In this document: in pieces, positions 39,545 through 52,541 of the stretch | Numbering within the stretch: the stretch's first letter is position 1 | Layout: the number at the start of each line of letters is the position of its first letter | Virus record (IMG/VR): IMGVR_UViG_2061766007_001878 | From: an uncultured virus (IMG/VR IMGVR_UViG_2061766007_001878) | Lineage: Duplodnaviria; Heunggongvirae; Uroviricota; Caudoviricetes | Reading direction: 5' to 3' (one strand) | Length of the DNA: 64,000 nucleotides | Translations under genes and position numbers: made by a program | The notes under the pieces: model-generated | The model's input: only the letters and a program-made list of their open reading frames with translations | Databases searched by the model: none | What the model was told of the DNA's origin: nothing

Positions 39545-40741
39545 ATGACAGAAGGCAACAATCAACAGACGGAACCAGTTACGCATCCGAATGAGGACGA
39601 CATCTTCATGGTCGGATACGGCGGGTGGGTGATGATTAAAAGACATGAAAGAGGCACTCCGTACAGGGACTTCGACCTTGATGACGGCGATGAAGACATG
39701 TTCATGCAATATGCCACGGAGGGAACCGTGTTGCAGGTGCTCAGCGCAAGTGTCACGAAGCAGACGAATCTCCCGACCGTCTCATCGTATTATCTTCCAT
39801 TTCATGATGGATACGGCAATACGGATGAAGAATTTTCGGAAGATATGCTGGATGGTTCGGAATTTCCAGATGACCCTTATGATTATGAAGACTATGATAG
39901 TTATGACGATGATACTATGGAAGAGTATGACAACGGGGCGAAGAGCCAGATTCGTCTTGGAAAGGGGACTTATACATTCAGCGGGGAGATAAGCTTTGAG
40001 CTTACTCTTGGTGCATTGAAGGAATTCTTTCACGACGATTTCTTCAAGAGGGACACGTTGTTCACGGTGTCGTTTTTCGACGGTCAGAACGTATGCCTCT
40101 TGGTGAACTGCGTCTGGTCTAACATCCAGATACAGTGTTCACCGAACAGTCTTGTGACCGTATCCATATCCTACCAGAGCAACAATGGATATGTCGATGA
40201 TTTGCAGATAATCAAGTACGAGATAGAAACAATGTCCTACAATGAACGCGACCTGCTTATCCCGTACTGGACTTGCGGGCATGACGGGTTTCAGGAATTC
40301 AGCATCTCGTTCGAGCGTCCAGTCACGCCAGTGTTTCTTAATGGTAGTCTGAATGTCGCCTCGTACATCAGACCTGGTTTGATAACCGTCAGTTTGAGTG
40401 CTACGACGATAGAATACTTCGAGTCGTGGGACGAGCGTCTTGACATCTGCCTTGGAAGCGACAACAACGTGGTGGTCGAAGAGGATGATGGCGGAGAAGG
40501 CGATGATGACGAAGATGGAGAAGGAGATGATGAAGAAGGAGAAGAAGAGGAATCAGCTCATCCTTCTGAATATGGGGTGACGTTCCTCAAATCCGTGCTT
40601 CAATCCTGCCAGTACAGCATGTCGTCCATGTCGGATACGGGTGCAAAGACTTATACGTGGAATTCGATTTCGACGGATGCGAGGCACCCTGTTTTCGAGA
40701 TATGGTATAATAATAAAAATTCGGAAGAGGATATTCCGTAG
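39545..40741 (+). CDS. Tail-tube-like protein (paralog 3) with acidic insertions
   Basis: VGYGG, FSGEISFE and LLIPYW motifs; D/E-rich loops; AAGGAG RBS. Confidence 0.5.
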   Translation: MTEGNNQQTEPVTHPNEDDIFMVGYGGWVMIKRHERGTPYRDFDLDDGDEDMFMQYATEGTVLQVLSASVTKQTNLPTVSSYYLPFHDGYGNTDEEFSEDMLDGSEFPDDPYDYEDYDSYDDDTMEEYDNGAKSQIRLGKGTYTFSGEISFELTLGALKEFFHDDFFKRDTLFTVSFFDGQNVCLLVNCVWSNIQIQCSPNSLVTVSISYQSNNGYVDDLQIIKYEIETMSYNERDLLIPYWTCGHDGFQEFSISFERPVTPVFLNGSLNVASYIRPGLITVSLSATTIEYFESWDERLDICLGSDNNVVVEEDDGGEGDDDEDGEGDDEEGEEEESAHPSEYGVTFLKSVLQSCQYSMSSMSDTGAKTYTWNSISTDARHPVFEIWYNNKNSEEDIP

Positions 40742-40768
40742 TTGAAAAAATAAAAAGGAGTATGAACG

Positions 40769-41329
40769 ATGAGTGAAGAAGTAAAAAAGGAAACTGAAGC
40801 GACTGTGAACCCAGAAACCAACGCCGTGCCAGCGGAGAAGCCAGCCGAAGCCCCGAAGGAGGAAAAGAAGAAGGCTGTCCCGCATATATTTTTCAAGAAG
40901 GATTCAAAGGTTGAGATTTCGGTTAATGGATACCATAACAACGAGACTGGCGAGCTGGCGTTCGCCGTTCCAGCGGACGATAAGGACACCAGCAACGATG
41001 ACACGTTCGGGGAATTGTTCACGAAGGTCAATTACAAGTTCTGGTTCAGCCGTTGCCCGTATGACAAGTACAACCGCTACCGCACGCGCTCGATGATTTA
41101 CAATTCCGAAGACCAGAACAACACCATCAACGAATTGCGTCTGCGTGAATTCTTCCTTGTGTTCCATCTGGTCGATTGGAACCTGACGGATGAGGACGGG
41201 AATAAAATCGAATTGAAATTCGACCCGAACAAGGCGTTGAGCGACGAATCGCTGAATCTGATTTACACGCTTCCGAACACGTTGCTGGACGTGGTACTCT
41301 CGACCTACGAGAAGAAGATGTCAGTATAA
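40769..41329 (+). CDS. Tail assembly chaperone-like protein 3
   Basis: LVDWNLTDEDGNKIEL...LSDES..LP, typical of tail chaperones. Confidence 0.6.
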   Translation: MSEEVKKETEATVNPETNAVPAEKPAEAPKEEKKKAVPHIFFKKDSKVEISVNGYHNNETGELAFAVPADDKDTSNDDTFGELFTKVNYKFWFSRCPYDKYNRYRTRSMIYNSEDQNNTINELRLREFFLVFHLVDWNLTDEDGNKIELKFDPNKALSDESLNLIYTLPNTLLDVVLSTYEKKMSV

Positions 41330-41467
41330 TAAATTCAGTTAGTAAATTTGAAGATTGAAGGAGTACGATTGCCATGCATGTGGTAGTTGTTCTCCTTTTG
41401 TTTTATAATGTATAATAATTTGAGTTTAATTTTGTTAAAATTGTTGTTATACAAGGAGTAAATTGAA

Positions 41468-41794
41468 ATGAATAAAAACATCAAAGTTGCAAAGAGTCTT
41501 ATCGCGTTGGCGAAGGAACTTGTTGGTTCATATGGGGATACTGCTTCTCACAAAGGGGAATACAAGAATTTTACAGGTACAGTCATTTGGAAGAACACGG
41601 CTGGTGATGTCAAGGATGCCACGTTTTATTTGAATAACGACGGAATTGTTTTTGTTGATGGAATATGGGAAGACGGGAATTTTGGCGGAAATCATTTTGA
41701 CCAATGGGAAAACGGAACGTGGAAAAAGGGTAAGTGGACAAGCGGGTACGACAAGGACGGAAAGCAACGCACCGACAGTCCAGACAAATGGTAG
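41468..41794 (+). CDS. GxWxx repeat protein 2, leader-bearing
   Basis: MNKNIKVAKSLIALAKELVG; short GxW array; ends SPDKW. Confidence 0.85.
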   Translation: MNKNIKVAKSLIALAKELVGSYGDTASHKGEYKNFTGTVIWKNTAGDVKDATFYLNNDGIVFVDGIWEDGNFGGNHFDQWENGTWKKGKWTSGYDKDGKQRTDSPDKW

Positions 41795-41842
41795 GAATTT
41801 GTGATTGGTTTGAAATTATAATATTTGCTTTGGAGTTTTTAT

Positions 41843-44800
41843 ATGCCACTAGATGTGCTTTCAAAGATACAGAGATTCGCCAAAGGCGGAGAAGTCCAGA
41901 ACATTTCCAACATGGTCAGCAACAACCCGTCGCTTGAACAGGCGTTCAACGGGATAGCGAATGCTGCGACCAATGGCGGTGCGAACATCAATTCGGAGTC
42001 CATCGCCAAAACTGAAAGTCTCATGAATGCATTGGTGAAAGCCACGAAGGATGCAGATTTGTCCATGCTTGGTCTTGGCAATTCCATCAAGGCAATCGAC
42101 TCTAAGCCGTTGGAGACAGCCGAAGCCACCGTCAGGCAGATTGCCGACAACGGGCGCAACATCAGCATCGGCATTTCCGTTGACAAAGCGCAGGCTTCCC
42201 TGAAAAGCCTTGCGGACAGGATTGAAAGAATTCGTTCAAGTGCGACTATCAGCGTCAGTCTTCCAACATCTCCGCAGAGACCAGTCCAGAAACCGCAGAA
42301 ATTCGCAACTGGCGGTCGTGTGACGTACCATAAGCAGAACACGGAGACAGCACAGACTGGAGGCATTTTCCGCCGTGGCTCATCAACTGGAGACAGGAAC
42401 ATGATTTTCGCCAACAAGGGCGAAGGTATCATCACGGAGAAAGCCATAAGACAGGGGGCTAAACAACGCGGGATGTCTCCTGAAATGTATATTCAGGCTT
42501 TGAACCATCCTTCCGTCAATCTTGGAAGAATCAAGAAGGGAAGGAGCTTCATGCTTGGTGGTACTGTTGGTCAAGAAATTGCAAATTTTTATGGGAGTAA
42601 AAGCTCAAATGCATATAAGTATATGCATGATATTGATTCCTCTCATTCTTCTGCTGCTGTTGATAAGAACGCAGCAAAAGCATTTATGCGTGCATTTGAT
42701 GAGTTATATGCAGAGGCGAACAAGATTGACAAAGGATATACTGGTTTACCAATTCCAGGAGGACCTGAAACACTAGCATTAGGAAGTGGAATACCTAGTT
42801 TTCCTTCTGCTCGTGTTAGTTCTTTGCGTCCTGATTCAACAAAATCAGAAATAGAACCAGTAACAAGAGATTTTGAAGCAATAAAAGAATTTATTAATCG
42901 TCATTCAAATCCAACTACATCTGTTGCAAGAAAAGTAATATCTCGAAGCACGCATAGGTTTCGTCCTAAAAATGTTCAAAAAGGCAATCTTACAGATAGT
43001 GTAACTTCTGATAGCGGTGATTTAATGGGTTCAATTTCAGCAGCAATGAAAAGTGCTGCTAAAGAGCAGGCAACTATTCAAGGAATGATTGCATTTGATA
43101 AAGGAAACGTACAACGGTCTGATACGACGGGTACAAAATCAAGTTCGCTTGATTATAATACATCTGCTGGAATAATGGATACATTTCATGGTAATATGAG
43201 AACAGCCAGTAGAAATGATAAATCTGCCAAGATTGCATTAAAGGCATTTGAGGAGCTTAAAAAAGAACATGCTACGGAATTGGCTGGCGTAAATTTGGAT
43301 GATTTTGCAGAATATGATTCTCAATTTATAAAGGAATTCAATGAAATTTTCAAAAAGTTGAATCAATTAGAAGAAGATGTATGGGACGCTAGAAAGAAAG
43401 AGCTTGAAGCTGAAATAAAAAACCTTTCCGCTGATAGGTCTAGTCTAATGATTAGCAACGCTTTTTCTGTTGATTCAACAGGAGAAATTATTGGCTATAA
43501 GAATAAACCTTTGGATTTGGGAATGGCTGGTGATAATAATAGTAAAAAAAATCAGCTATTATCTTCTACTATGGATTCCTTGATAGGGGAAACCAATGAT
43601 TCCATGAAAAGCTTGAAAGAAAAATTAATGAATCAGCTTGAAAGCATGAAAAATTCATCTGATTTTTCAATATTACAAGAAGTTTTTGAGACTCTTGGCA
43701 TTAATACTTTTGCAGATTTTCAATCTATGCTTGATAATGAAGAACAACTTGAAAAAGCTGTAAAAGTGTCTGAGAATCTTTCTCCAACTATGAAAAAGAT
43801 AATTGCACTTCAGGAAGGACGCGAAGAAGAGCAATTGAAAACAATAAAAGATGAGATGCAACATGCCATAGAGTACAATACTGCCGTAAACAAAGCATTC
43901 AGTGCATACCAGTCCATCGACATCGAAGATTCAATAAANNNNNNNNNNNNNNNNNNNNNNNNNNNNGTCAAGAACATCGCTGCTGGATTCGAGCAAGCCA
44001 GAGGTTCCGATACGTTGAACAAAGTTCTTCAGTCGCAATTGGAATCTCAGTTTACACCTGGTACGGATATGAAGACTCTCATGGAGAATCTTTCTCAAGG
44101 TCGTGACGCAAGTGGAGGAACTGCTAATTTTGCGCAGGACTTGAAGAAACTTGAAAAAATCATGAAAGCCCTGATACCAACGTCCGAATCTCTTGGAAAG
44201 GGCAATGATGAAATCTCAAAGAAATTCGACAATGAGGCTGAATCCGTCAAAAAAACTCTCAAGGAATTCCCGCTTCTGAACCAGATGACCGACAAGAACA
44301 TCGCCAAGACTGCACTGATGGTCGCTGGTATAAGCATGATGAGCAAGCAGTTGAAGCAGATGATGGACGGTATCGCGAGTTTTGCCACAGAGCAGGCTGA
44401 ATTGTCGAAGAGCCTTACGATGGTGTCCCAGTCGGCTTCCACATTTGCTAATTCGTCGGCTAATGTGGAGGCAATCGGAAGAAGCCTTAACATGACACGC
44501 AAACAGGCTGTCGAGCTTGGTGAGGCAATGAGGGAAGTTGCTTTGAAGGGAATCCACGGTCTTGACACGGTGACGACCGTGGCTGACAATTTGAAGAATG
44601 CCCTTGGCAAGGTGGATACCACGCTTTTGAAGGAAGCCGTGAACCTCATCAACGACCTCCCGAAGGAGCAGGTCGATGTCATGATACACGGGACGGGTTC
44701 GTTCGATGACAAAGCAAACCTCATCGCCAACCTGATGAACGACGGGAATCTTGAAAAAACCATCAACCTCATGATGAACGGCGCGTTCGGCGACATGGAG

Positions 44801-47800
44801 GGAAGTGTCCAGTTGGATGCAAAGGATAAGGCTGTTATCGAGGCTCAGGAGAAGGCGAACGAGCTTCTGGATGACATCAAGGCTGGTCTGTACGACATGA
44901 TTCCTAAGTCGATTGCATCGCAGGCTACTTATTACAGCAAGATGATTGGAAGTCTGACGAAGGGGTTGGCTTCGTTGCTCCAACTTTATATCATTAACAA
45001 GAATGTGGCGTTGATTGCTGGTAAGAAAGCTATTGGTGGTGTAAAGGATTTGTTCAGAAGAGCACCAGGAACATCATCTTCTTTAACGCATAGAGCAAAT
45101 GGAGGCATGGCTCTTGCTGGTAATGCTATAGGAGTTGGTCTTTTAGCAGAAGCAGTTACAATTGCCATTTCCAAAGGATTTGATTTATATGCTAAATCTA
45201 AGGCTAAAAAAGAACAAGGAGAATATAGACGAAATAAACAAGAAAATTTAACAAAATATGGAAATACTGTTGGATATGCTGGCACGTTTGAAAAAGCCAA
45301 AGGAGGTGCTGAATCTTGGGAGGCAGCATCTAAGGCGGCTTTTGCTTTTGGTACTGGTGTTGCGGCAGNNNNNNNNNNNNNNNNNNNNNNNNNNNNNNNN
45401 NNNNNNNNNNNNNNNNNNNNNNNNNNNNNNNNNNNNNNNNNNNNNNNNNNNNNNNNNNNNNTTGAAAGCAAACAATGCTTTTGTTGAAACAAAAAAAAGA
45501 GATGGTGGAATCTTTAATCCTGCAACATGGGATTGGGCTGGTGGAAGTGACCATAAAATCGTTAAAGGAAGAATGGCTGAACAACGCAGTGCCAATTATG
45601 CAAAGGTACTTGAACGGCTTGATAAAAATGCTGAAAAAAGAGGAAACAAGTCAAGCAAAGGTATGTTGAAAGAGCTTGTTGCGTTAAATAAGCACGTTAA
45701 AGCCATAGAAATGGCTTCAAAAGGCAAATTTACTGCGTTTGATGAAAATAGTCTGAAAGCCAGTATGTCATTGATGAAGCAATTTTCTACTGTTGGTGGA
45801 ACAAATGAACAATATCGAAACGTGAAGAATTCGGCTTTTGCTGAAAACAGGAGAGCATATGCCACTAGCATGAATATATTTAGCGATAGACGTTCAAGAA
45901 TTATGAACGATGATAGAATGGGTACAGAGGCTAAAGCCAATGCTTTGTATAAAGTCATAGAAGAAGAAACCAAGATGCATGAGAAATTCATCAGTAATCT
46001 TGATAATGTAATTAATACTCTTGGAAATGCACCTTCTATTATTGTGAATAATCTTAGACAGGAAATTCACAAGGCTTTTGCTGATTTCAATAATGCTGGT
46101 TTTGCTGGAAGTGATGCTTTGCAATTATATGAGGCAATGCAAGATGTTAATGGTTCTAGGGAAAATATGTCTAATCTTATGCAAGACCATCGAAGCAATC
46201 TTGAAAATATTACAAATACTATTAATACTGTTCAAGCATATCAGAAAAACAATGAGGCTGAGTTTGAAAGAATAAAACAAGAAACAGGTATAAGCGGTGA
46301 ACAAGAAGCTATATCAATTCGTGATGACGTGATGAGAAAAAATGCTGATGTGCTTGGAGACATGGTGGATTTGAAAGTGGATTTATCTTCAATTCAAGAC
46401 CTTGCTAATGAGATGTATAATGCCTCGGAGAATCAAAAAGGGCAATCAGAAGGCGATAAAAACGCTGCTGATAAAGCCAGAGCAAATGCGTCATTGCGTG
46501 TGGAACAATTAAGTCAATTGAAAAAATACGCTATTGATACAGGCAATGATGATATGAGGGAGGAAATTGATAAACTGATAAAAGGATGGGAGCAAATTTT
46601 AAATGATGAAACTTTAACCAATAAAGATGTTGTAAATATAGCTGCCCGTGACCACACCATTGCATCATACTTGCAAGATTTAATTAATCAAATGGAAGAA
46701 AGAAAAGGGCAGATGTCTGATGAAGACCAAAAGACAATGGCTGATGCTCAGAAGATAATCATGGCATCAAAAGCAATGTCTAGCGCAAATGATATGAAAG
46801 TTGCTTATGAAACAGCTCTTCATAAGGAAAACATGCGCTTTATTGAAGAAATGCAGAAACAGCTTAATAAAATTATTTCTTCAATGAAAAATGTTTTGGA
46901 AAGTTCTAGTGTTCAGCTTGCCAAAATTGTAAAAGACATTTTTGAAAAGTCACAGGAATTCAATGCGTTTGGAGGGGCAGATGCTGTTTTCAAAACAATG
47001 AATGCATCGCTTGATGAATTGGAAGCTACTGCAAAGGCTCTTAATAATGCAGAAGAGTTATTAAAAAATAATAATAACGGTGAAGATGTATTTTCAAAAG
47101 GTTTTGATGAATTGATTAAAAAACAGCAAGAAGCTATTGCTGAAGAAGAAAGACAATTATATGGAAATGAAACGGAAAAGAAGACTCTTGATGTTGCAAT
47201 AGACATATTGAAAGCCATAAAGAAGAAAAATATAGAAGAAGAAGCAAACAAAAAGAAAGAAGATATAGAAAATGAAGCGCGTGTCGATACAGTTACAGTT
47301 GAAGGAAACACAGGAACTGTTCTGCGGGATTTTACAAATACTACTTTATTTAATTCTGATGCTCAAAGATTAGGTTTTTCTAGTACAGAAGAAATGAATG
47401 GATTAAGCTCTGAAAAATTTGGGGAAAAAATACTTGACAAGGTAGAAGAGCATATTAAATCTGTAATGGAGGGACAAGATTTAAAATTATCTGACTATAA
47501 TGTTACTTCAAATGAACAGATAAAAAAAGCATTTGCAGAATCGCAAAAGAAAAATGTAAAACTTGATTACGATACATTTGTTAAACAATATGTTCTTAAA
47601 AAATTTAGTGAACAATTTGTCGGTACTATGAATAATAGTAATGCGACTAATGATGCTAAGTTAAGGAATATGAGTATAGAAGACCAAGTAAGTGATGTTA
47701 GTAAGACATTATATGGTGGTTTGAGTAAACGCAGAAAAATAAATGAAACTAAAGATAAACGTCTAGAAGAAGCAGAGAATGAAAGAAAGAAAAAAGAAGC

Positions 47801-50528
47801 CAATGTTGATGAAGAGGCAAAAAAGGAAGCCACTGAAAGAGAAAAAGCTTTAAAACAAAAACAAAATGACCTTGAAGCTTTTAAAGATGTTGGAAAAGCA
47901 ACACAAGTTTTAAAAGCACTTAGACGCAAGCAACTTGAGTCAGTTCATACTGGTGTTGGTCTTACAGATGAAGAAAAGAAACAAATGCAGGCATCAGAAG
48001 ATAAAATTCGCGATGTTCTTAAAAGCAATAATGTATCTGAGACCATGAAAAATGAAATCAGTTCAATGTTGGCTGAACAATCCGCCGAGAATCAAGCTGC
48101 CAAGGAATACTACGATAAGGAAGCCCAGTTCAAACAGCAGTTCATGACGGTATTCAACAACATTCCTAAGATGTTGGATGCGGTTATCATGACTGGTAGG
48201 AACATTGCCTTGACCGCCAAGCAAGGTGCGCTTGAATCGAAGCAGACGTATACCAATAAATACGGAAGCGTCGAGGAAGCCATCAACATGCGTGGCGATG
48301 TCATGAGCAACGCCGAGGAAGTGATGAAGAGCAAGATGGCTACCGTCAACAGCAGTGAGACCGTCAAGGCAGCGCAGGAGGCGAAGAAGCGTGCGATGGA
48401 GATTGCGCGTTCACGACAGGAAAGCGGTAACATGTCGGCAGAGCAGTTGAAGAACTTCGAGATAAGCCTCGACCAGCAGATTATCAAAGCCAAGTACGAT
48501 GCCGAGTTGAAGATAAAGGACGAGTACATCAACAGTATCCAAAAGGCGGTGCAGGTTTCTATTGATGCGATAAACCGCTACACTGAAGGATTGAGCATCC
48601 AGAAAGACTTGTTCGAGACCATCGGTGCCCCATTTGAATACATTTTGGATATTGAGCAGGAGATGGTCAGAAGCGCGAAGGCTGAAGCCGAGGTGCAGGA
48701 GGAATTGCTTGCTAAAATGGAAAAAAGTGGCACTACTGGTGCGGTTCTTGAAGAACAGAAGCTGAAGGTCATGAAGGCGAATGCTGCGGTGGTCAAGGCT
48801 ACGTTCGGAGCACAGCGTGATGCCCTTGACAAGTTGCTCGGAAAGATGATGGGCGGATTCGAGCAGATTGGTGGCATCTTTGGTCCCGACAGCGACTTTA
48901 TGAAGGCACGCAAGGCTGGTCAGGGGTTCACACAGCTTCCTTCTGGCATGATTTCCGCGTCTGGCGGTACGGTCACGGATTATGCGAACCGCGTTCAGGG
49001 GCTTGGACTGGCGGCGAAAATGGGTCGTGGGGACTCTGTGCTGACCAGAGGCATGCTTCCGAACGGTTTGGGTGGCATGTTTAATTCTGGCGGTGCTGGG
49101 ACAGGGGAAGCCAAGACCGAGGAACAGGCTTCAACAGAAGTCAAGACCGAGGAAGAGCAACTTGCTGTGGAAGAAGCTAAAAATGAAGGAACCACGGCTG
49201 AGGCGAAGGCTGATGAAAAGATTGCTCCTGCTGGAAAACCAGTTCCTTTTGGCGGAATGGGGATTGAGGATGCACTCAAGCAATCTCTTGAACAATCTGC
49301 ATTTGGAGTGGAACAGGAGAAGAAGGAGGAATCCACGACCGACAAGCTCCTTGCTTCGATTCTTGAAGATACGCACACCATCGTCAAGGGATTCGGTCTT
49401 GAAACCAAGAAGGAAGGCGGGGCGAAGGACGAAGTGAGCAGTGCCGTGCAGGAGACGACCGAGGCTCTTGCTGATGCAACGAAAGAAGCTGTCGTGGAGA
49501 CTACGGCTGGCACTTCTACGGAACCGCAGGCGAATATCCCAGCACAGGAGGAGACAGTCAAGACTCCTACTAAGGAGGATGAAGTCAAGGCTCTCCAACA
49601 GACTATTAATGACAATTACGGTATCGCAGAAAGGACTGGCGAGGCTGAGATGACTGAGGAACAGATTGCCAAGGTCGCCGAGGCGAAAGACCAGCTCGCT
49701 GGAAAGAAGATAGACGAGATGGTGGAAGCCAGTACGAAGAAGGAGCCTGCCACTGTCAAGGAGGAGATGGAGAAGACAAACGACATTCAATCCAAGATGC
49801 TTCAATACGTTCAGATGATTGCCTCGTATGTCTGTGGAGGGAAGATAGGCGAAACTACTGGCGAGCAGGCTACCGAGCAATCCGTGAAGGAGCAGGCGGT
49901 CGCTGCTGAAAAGCAGGCTGATGCGACGGAGCAACTGGTGCAACAGAGTGAAACGACCGTGAAGCAGAACGACGAGGCGTTGAAGCAGAACGAAGACATA
50001 AAAACGCAGAGTGAAAAGACCGCCGAACAGGGAGAAGCCACGGCGAAAGCCATATTAGATTCGTCGGACAGTTCCAATGTGAAGACTGAGCAGGCTACGG
50101 AAGCTGGAACACAGCAAGCCAACGCCGTCAATACTGGCGTTGCCCCTGCCCCCGCCACGGGCGTGGTGCCTGTCGCGACCGAGGTGGCTGGTGCCGAGAA
50201 GGAGCCTGATGCCGTGCACGAGGGCAACAAGGCGATGGAGCGTGCGGTATATGGACTCAGCGCACTTGAAGCCCAGACCAGAAATCAGGTGGCGAACGTG
50301 CAGGAGCCTATCTCCCCGTCCAAAAAGACCGAAGGCGGGGAAGGTCAGCCAGCGATGAAAGCCACGGTTGACGTGAACGTGAAGGTGGATGCTGGTAAGC
50401 TGACGGAATTCTTCTTGGCGCAGGCGAAGGCGATGATAAATCAGACAGTCGGCGAAGGCGTGCGTGATGAGCTGAAGAAACCGTCCAATGGCTTGAACAG
50501 ACCAAAGACTCATGGAGTGACCGCATAA
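41843..50528 (+). CDS. Tape measure protein (about 2,890 codons; frame change only across the 45369-45461 gap)
   Basis: GGAG RBS; very long helical Ala/Lys/Glu-rich ORFs on both sides of the gap; FAKGG/FATGG and GDRNMIFANKGEGII motifs; follows chaperone-like genes. Confidence 0.8.
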
Positions 50529-50847
50529 TTATATATAAGGTATAGGCGATTCTTCATGAAAATTTTTTATTTCCAAAGGAGCGGAATGAAAAAGAAAAAA
50601 TCATGTCATATTACAGGTGTTGATTGAAAAATGACTTTTGGAAAAGTCAAACAAAAAAGAAAAAATATTTCATCGAAAAAAGAAAATCGATGCCATATTA
50701 AAGTGTCAATCAAAAAGATTTTAATGCCACGCGCAAAAGGAAGGCGCACGGCAAAGAAATAAAAACCGAGCCGAAGACCTCATAAAGGAATGGGGTCGGG
50801 ATGATGCTCAAAGAAACAAAAACAAACAAAAGAAAGGAAAAAGAAAA

Positions 50848-51711
50848 ATGAGTGAAAATTCCCTCTCAAGACATGGTGCCGACGCACTGAAGAAATTCGA
50901 AACCACAAGCAACTCCTCAGAATTCACGAAGGATAACATTTGGTTCGACTGGGGCAACAAGGAAGAGCATGTCATCCGTATTGTTGGTGACTTCCGCATC
51001 TCCCGCTCCCACTGGATTGGCGAAAGCAAGTTCGGCAACGACGTGGCTCTGCTTAATTCAGAAGCCTTCAAAGGCGACAAGAAACTCCCGATGACCGTCG
51101 CCTGCGGTAACTGGGATGCAGAATCCGAAACAGAAGACCCTGACGGCAATGCCTGCCCTGTCTGCCGTCTTGGTAAGAATGCCGACTTGATGCTGAAAAA
51201 GTATGGCAAAGAACTGGTCGAGACTGAAAAAGAGAAATTCAAAGCCATCCGCAGAAAGTGCCAGGCTAAGAGCCAGTACCTCTTCAAAATCATCGACCGC
51301 GACAATCCTTACGTCGATGAGGAAAAGACCCGCAAGGGCTACAAGATTCTCCGTGCCCCTGAAAAGCTGTTGAAGGCTATTCTCGCCCTTTCCGACAGCA
51401 TGGAAGGCATCGCCATCACTTCGCCAGATGAAGGAATCGACATCAAAATCAAGAAGACCGTTTCCGACAAGACGAAGACCGACGTGACTTATAGCGCATT
51501 GGCTGTCATGGCTGGCGCGAAGGTCAAGCAGACTCCTTTGACAGATGAGGAAAAGGAATACCGCGACCTCGACTTGCTCAAGTTCGTCGGCAAGCCCGTT
51601 GACAAGGAGCGTTTCGAGGAAATGCTGTCGGACAAGAATTCCGTCCGCACGATTTATGAAAACGCCGACATTGACGCAGGCGATGACGAAGGCGGAAACG
51701 CCCCGTTCTAA
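50848..51711 (+). CDS. Single-stranded DNA-binding protein, T4 gp32-like
   Basis: VIRIV...HW...C...CPVC zinc-ligand pattern; G.DIKIKK; acidic tail ending APF; directly upstream of recA. Confidence 0.8.
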   Translation: MSENSLSRHGADALKKFETTSNSSEFTKDNIWFDWGNKEEHVIRIVGDFRISRSHWIGESKFGNDVALLNSEAFKGDKKLPMTVACGNWDAESETEDPDGNACPVCRLGKNADLMLKKYGKELVETEKEKFKAIRRKCQAKSQYLFKIIDRDNPYVDEEKTRKGYKILRAPEKLLKAILALSDSMEGIAITSPDEGIDIKIKKTVSDKTKTDVTYSALAVMAGAKVKQTPLTDEEKEYRDLDLLKFVGKPVDKERFEEMLSDKNSVRTIYENADIDAGDDEGGNAPF

Positions 51712-51809
51712 GTCTCCAAAGACATCAAGTTTGGCTGATGCAAGCCCATGTGAGGAACAATTCCAATCATGGGCTTTAATGGAAGAATTTTAAAAAGGAG
51801 ATTTGGAAT

Positions 51810-52520
51810 ATGGCGAAAAAATTAGATGAATTGCTGAAAGGCAAGAAGGCAAGTGCTCCTGTCAATGCGAAGATGGCGAAAATCGCCGAGGCGTGCGCAA
51901 TGCTTCAGAAGAAATTTGGTAAGGAAAGTGTCAATTTCCTTGGCAATAAGAAAGCGGAGCCATTGCCTCGTTTTTCAAGCGGTAGCATTGCGCTTGACAA
52001 GATTCTCGGCGGTGGCTATCCAGAAGGTCGTATGATTGAAATCTTTGGACCAGCCTCCTCTGGTAAGACGACTATCTGTTATCATGCTCTTGCATCCATT
52101 CAGAAGAAGTACCCTGACGACTGGTGCGGATTCGTGGATTCGGAGCAGTCTTTCGACCCGATTTATGCGGAATCCATCGGCGTGAACGTGGCTGAACTCG
52201 TCACGGCACAGCCTGACACTGGTACGGATGCCTTCGGCATGGTTCAGGGCATGATTGAGTCTGGAGCGAAGGCGATTGTCATCGATTCCGTTGCCGCCAT
52301 GATGCCAAAGGAAGAGGCAGAAGAGGAAGACTACGGGCATAATTCCATCGGTGCGCAAGCCCGAATGATGTCCAAAGGTCTTCGTAAGCTCACCGCAATC
52401 GCTGGTAAGCACAAATGCACCTTGATATTTACTAATCAAATTCGTAATAAGATAGGTGTTATGTACGGTTCGCCCGAATGTGTGACGCTTGATACGATGG
52501 TTGAAGTTGAATTTGAATAA
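51810..52520 (+). CDS. recA: RecA N-terminal part (223 aa) fused to a 13-aa N-intein
   Basis: SSGSIALD, GGGYPEGR, GPASSGKTT, IDSVAA, QARMMSKGLRKL and NQIRNKIGVMYGSPE, then CVTLDTMVEVEFE* (52479-52520). Confidence 0.95.
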   Translation: MAKKLDELLKGKKASAPVNAKMAKIAEACAMLQKKFGKESVNFLGNKKAEPLPRFSSGSIALDKILGGGYPEGRMIEIFGPASSGKTTICYHALASIQKKYPDDWCGFVDSEQSFDPIYAESIGVNVAELVTAQPDTGTDAFGMVQGMIESGAKAIVIDSVAAMMPKEEAEEEDYGHNSIGAQARMMSKGLRKLTAIAGKHKCTLIFTNQIRNKIGVMYGSPECVTLDTMVEVEFE

Positions 52521-52541
52521 AAGTTTAACTTTTTGCTTATA

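Noticed and set aside
45258..45487. Frameshift or pseudogene in the tape measure gene (and similarly at about 5050 and about 10570)
   Set aside because: Each frame change coincides with an N-gap of estimated length.
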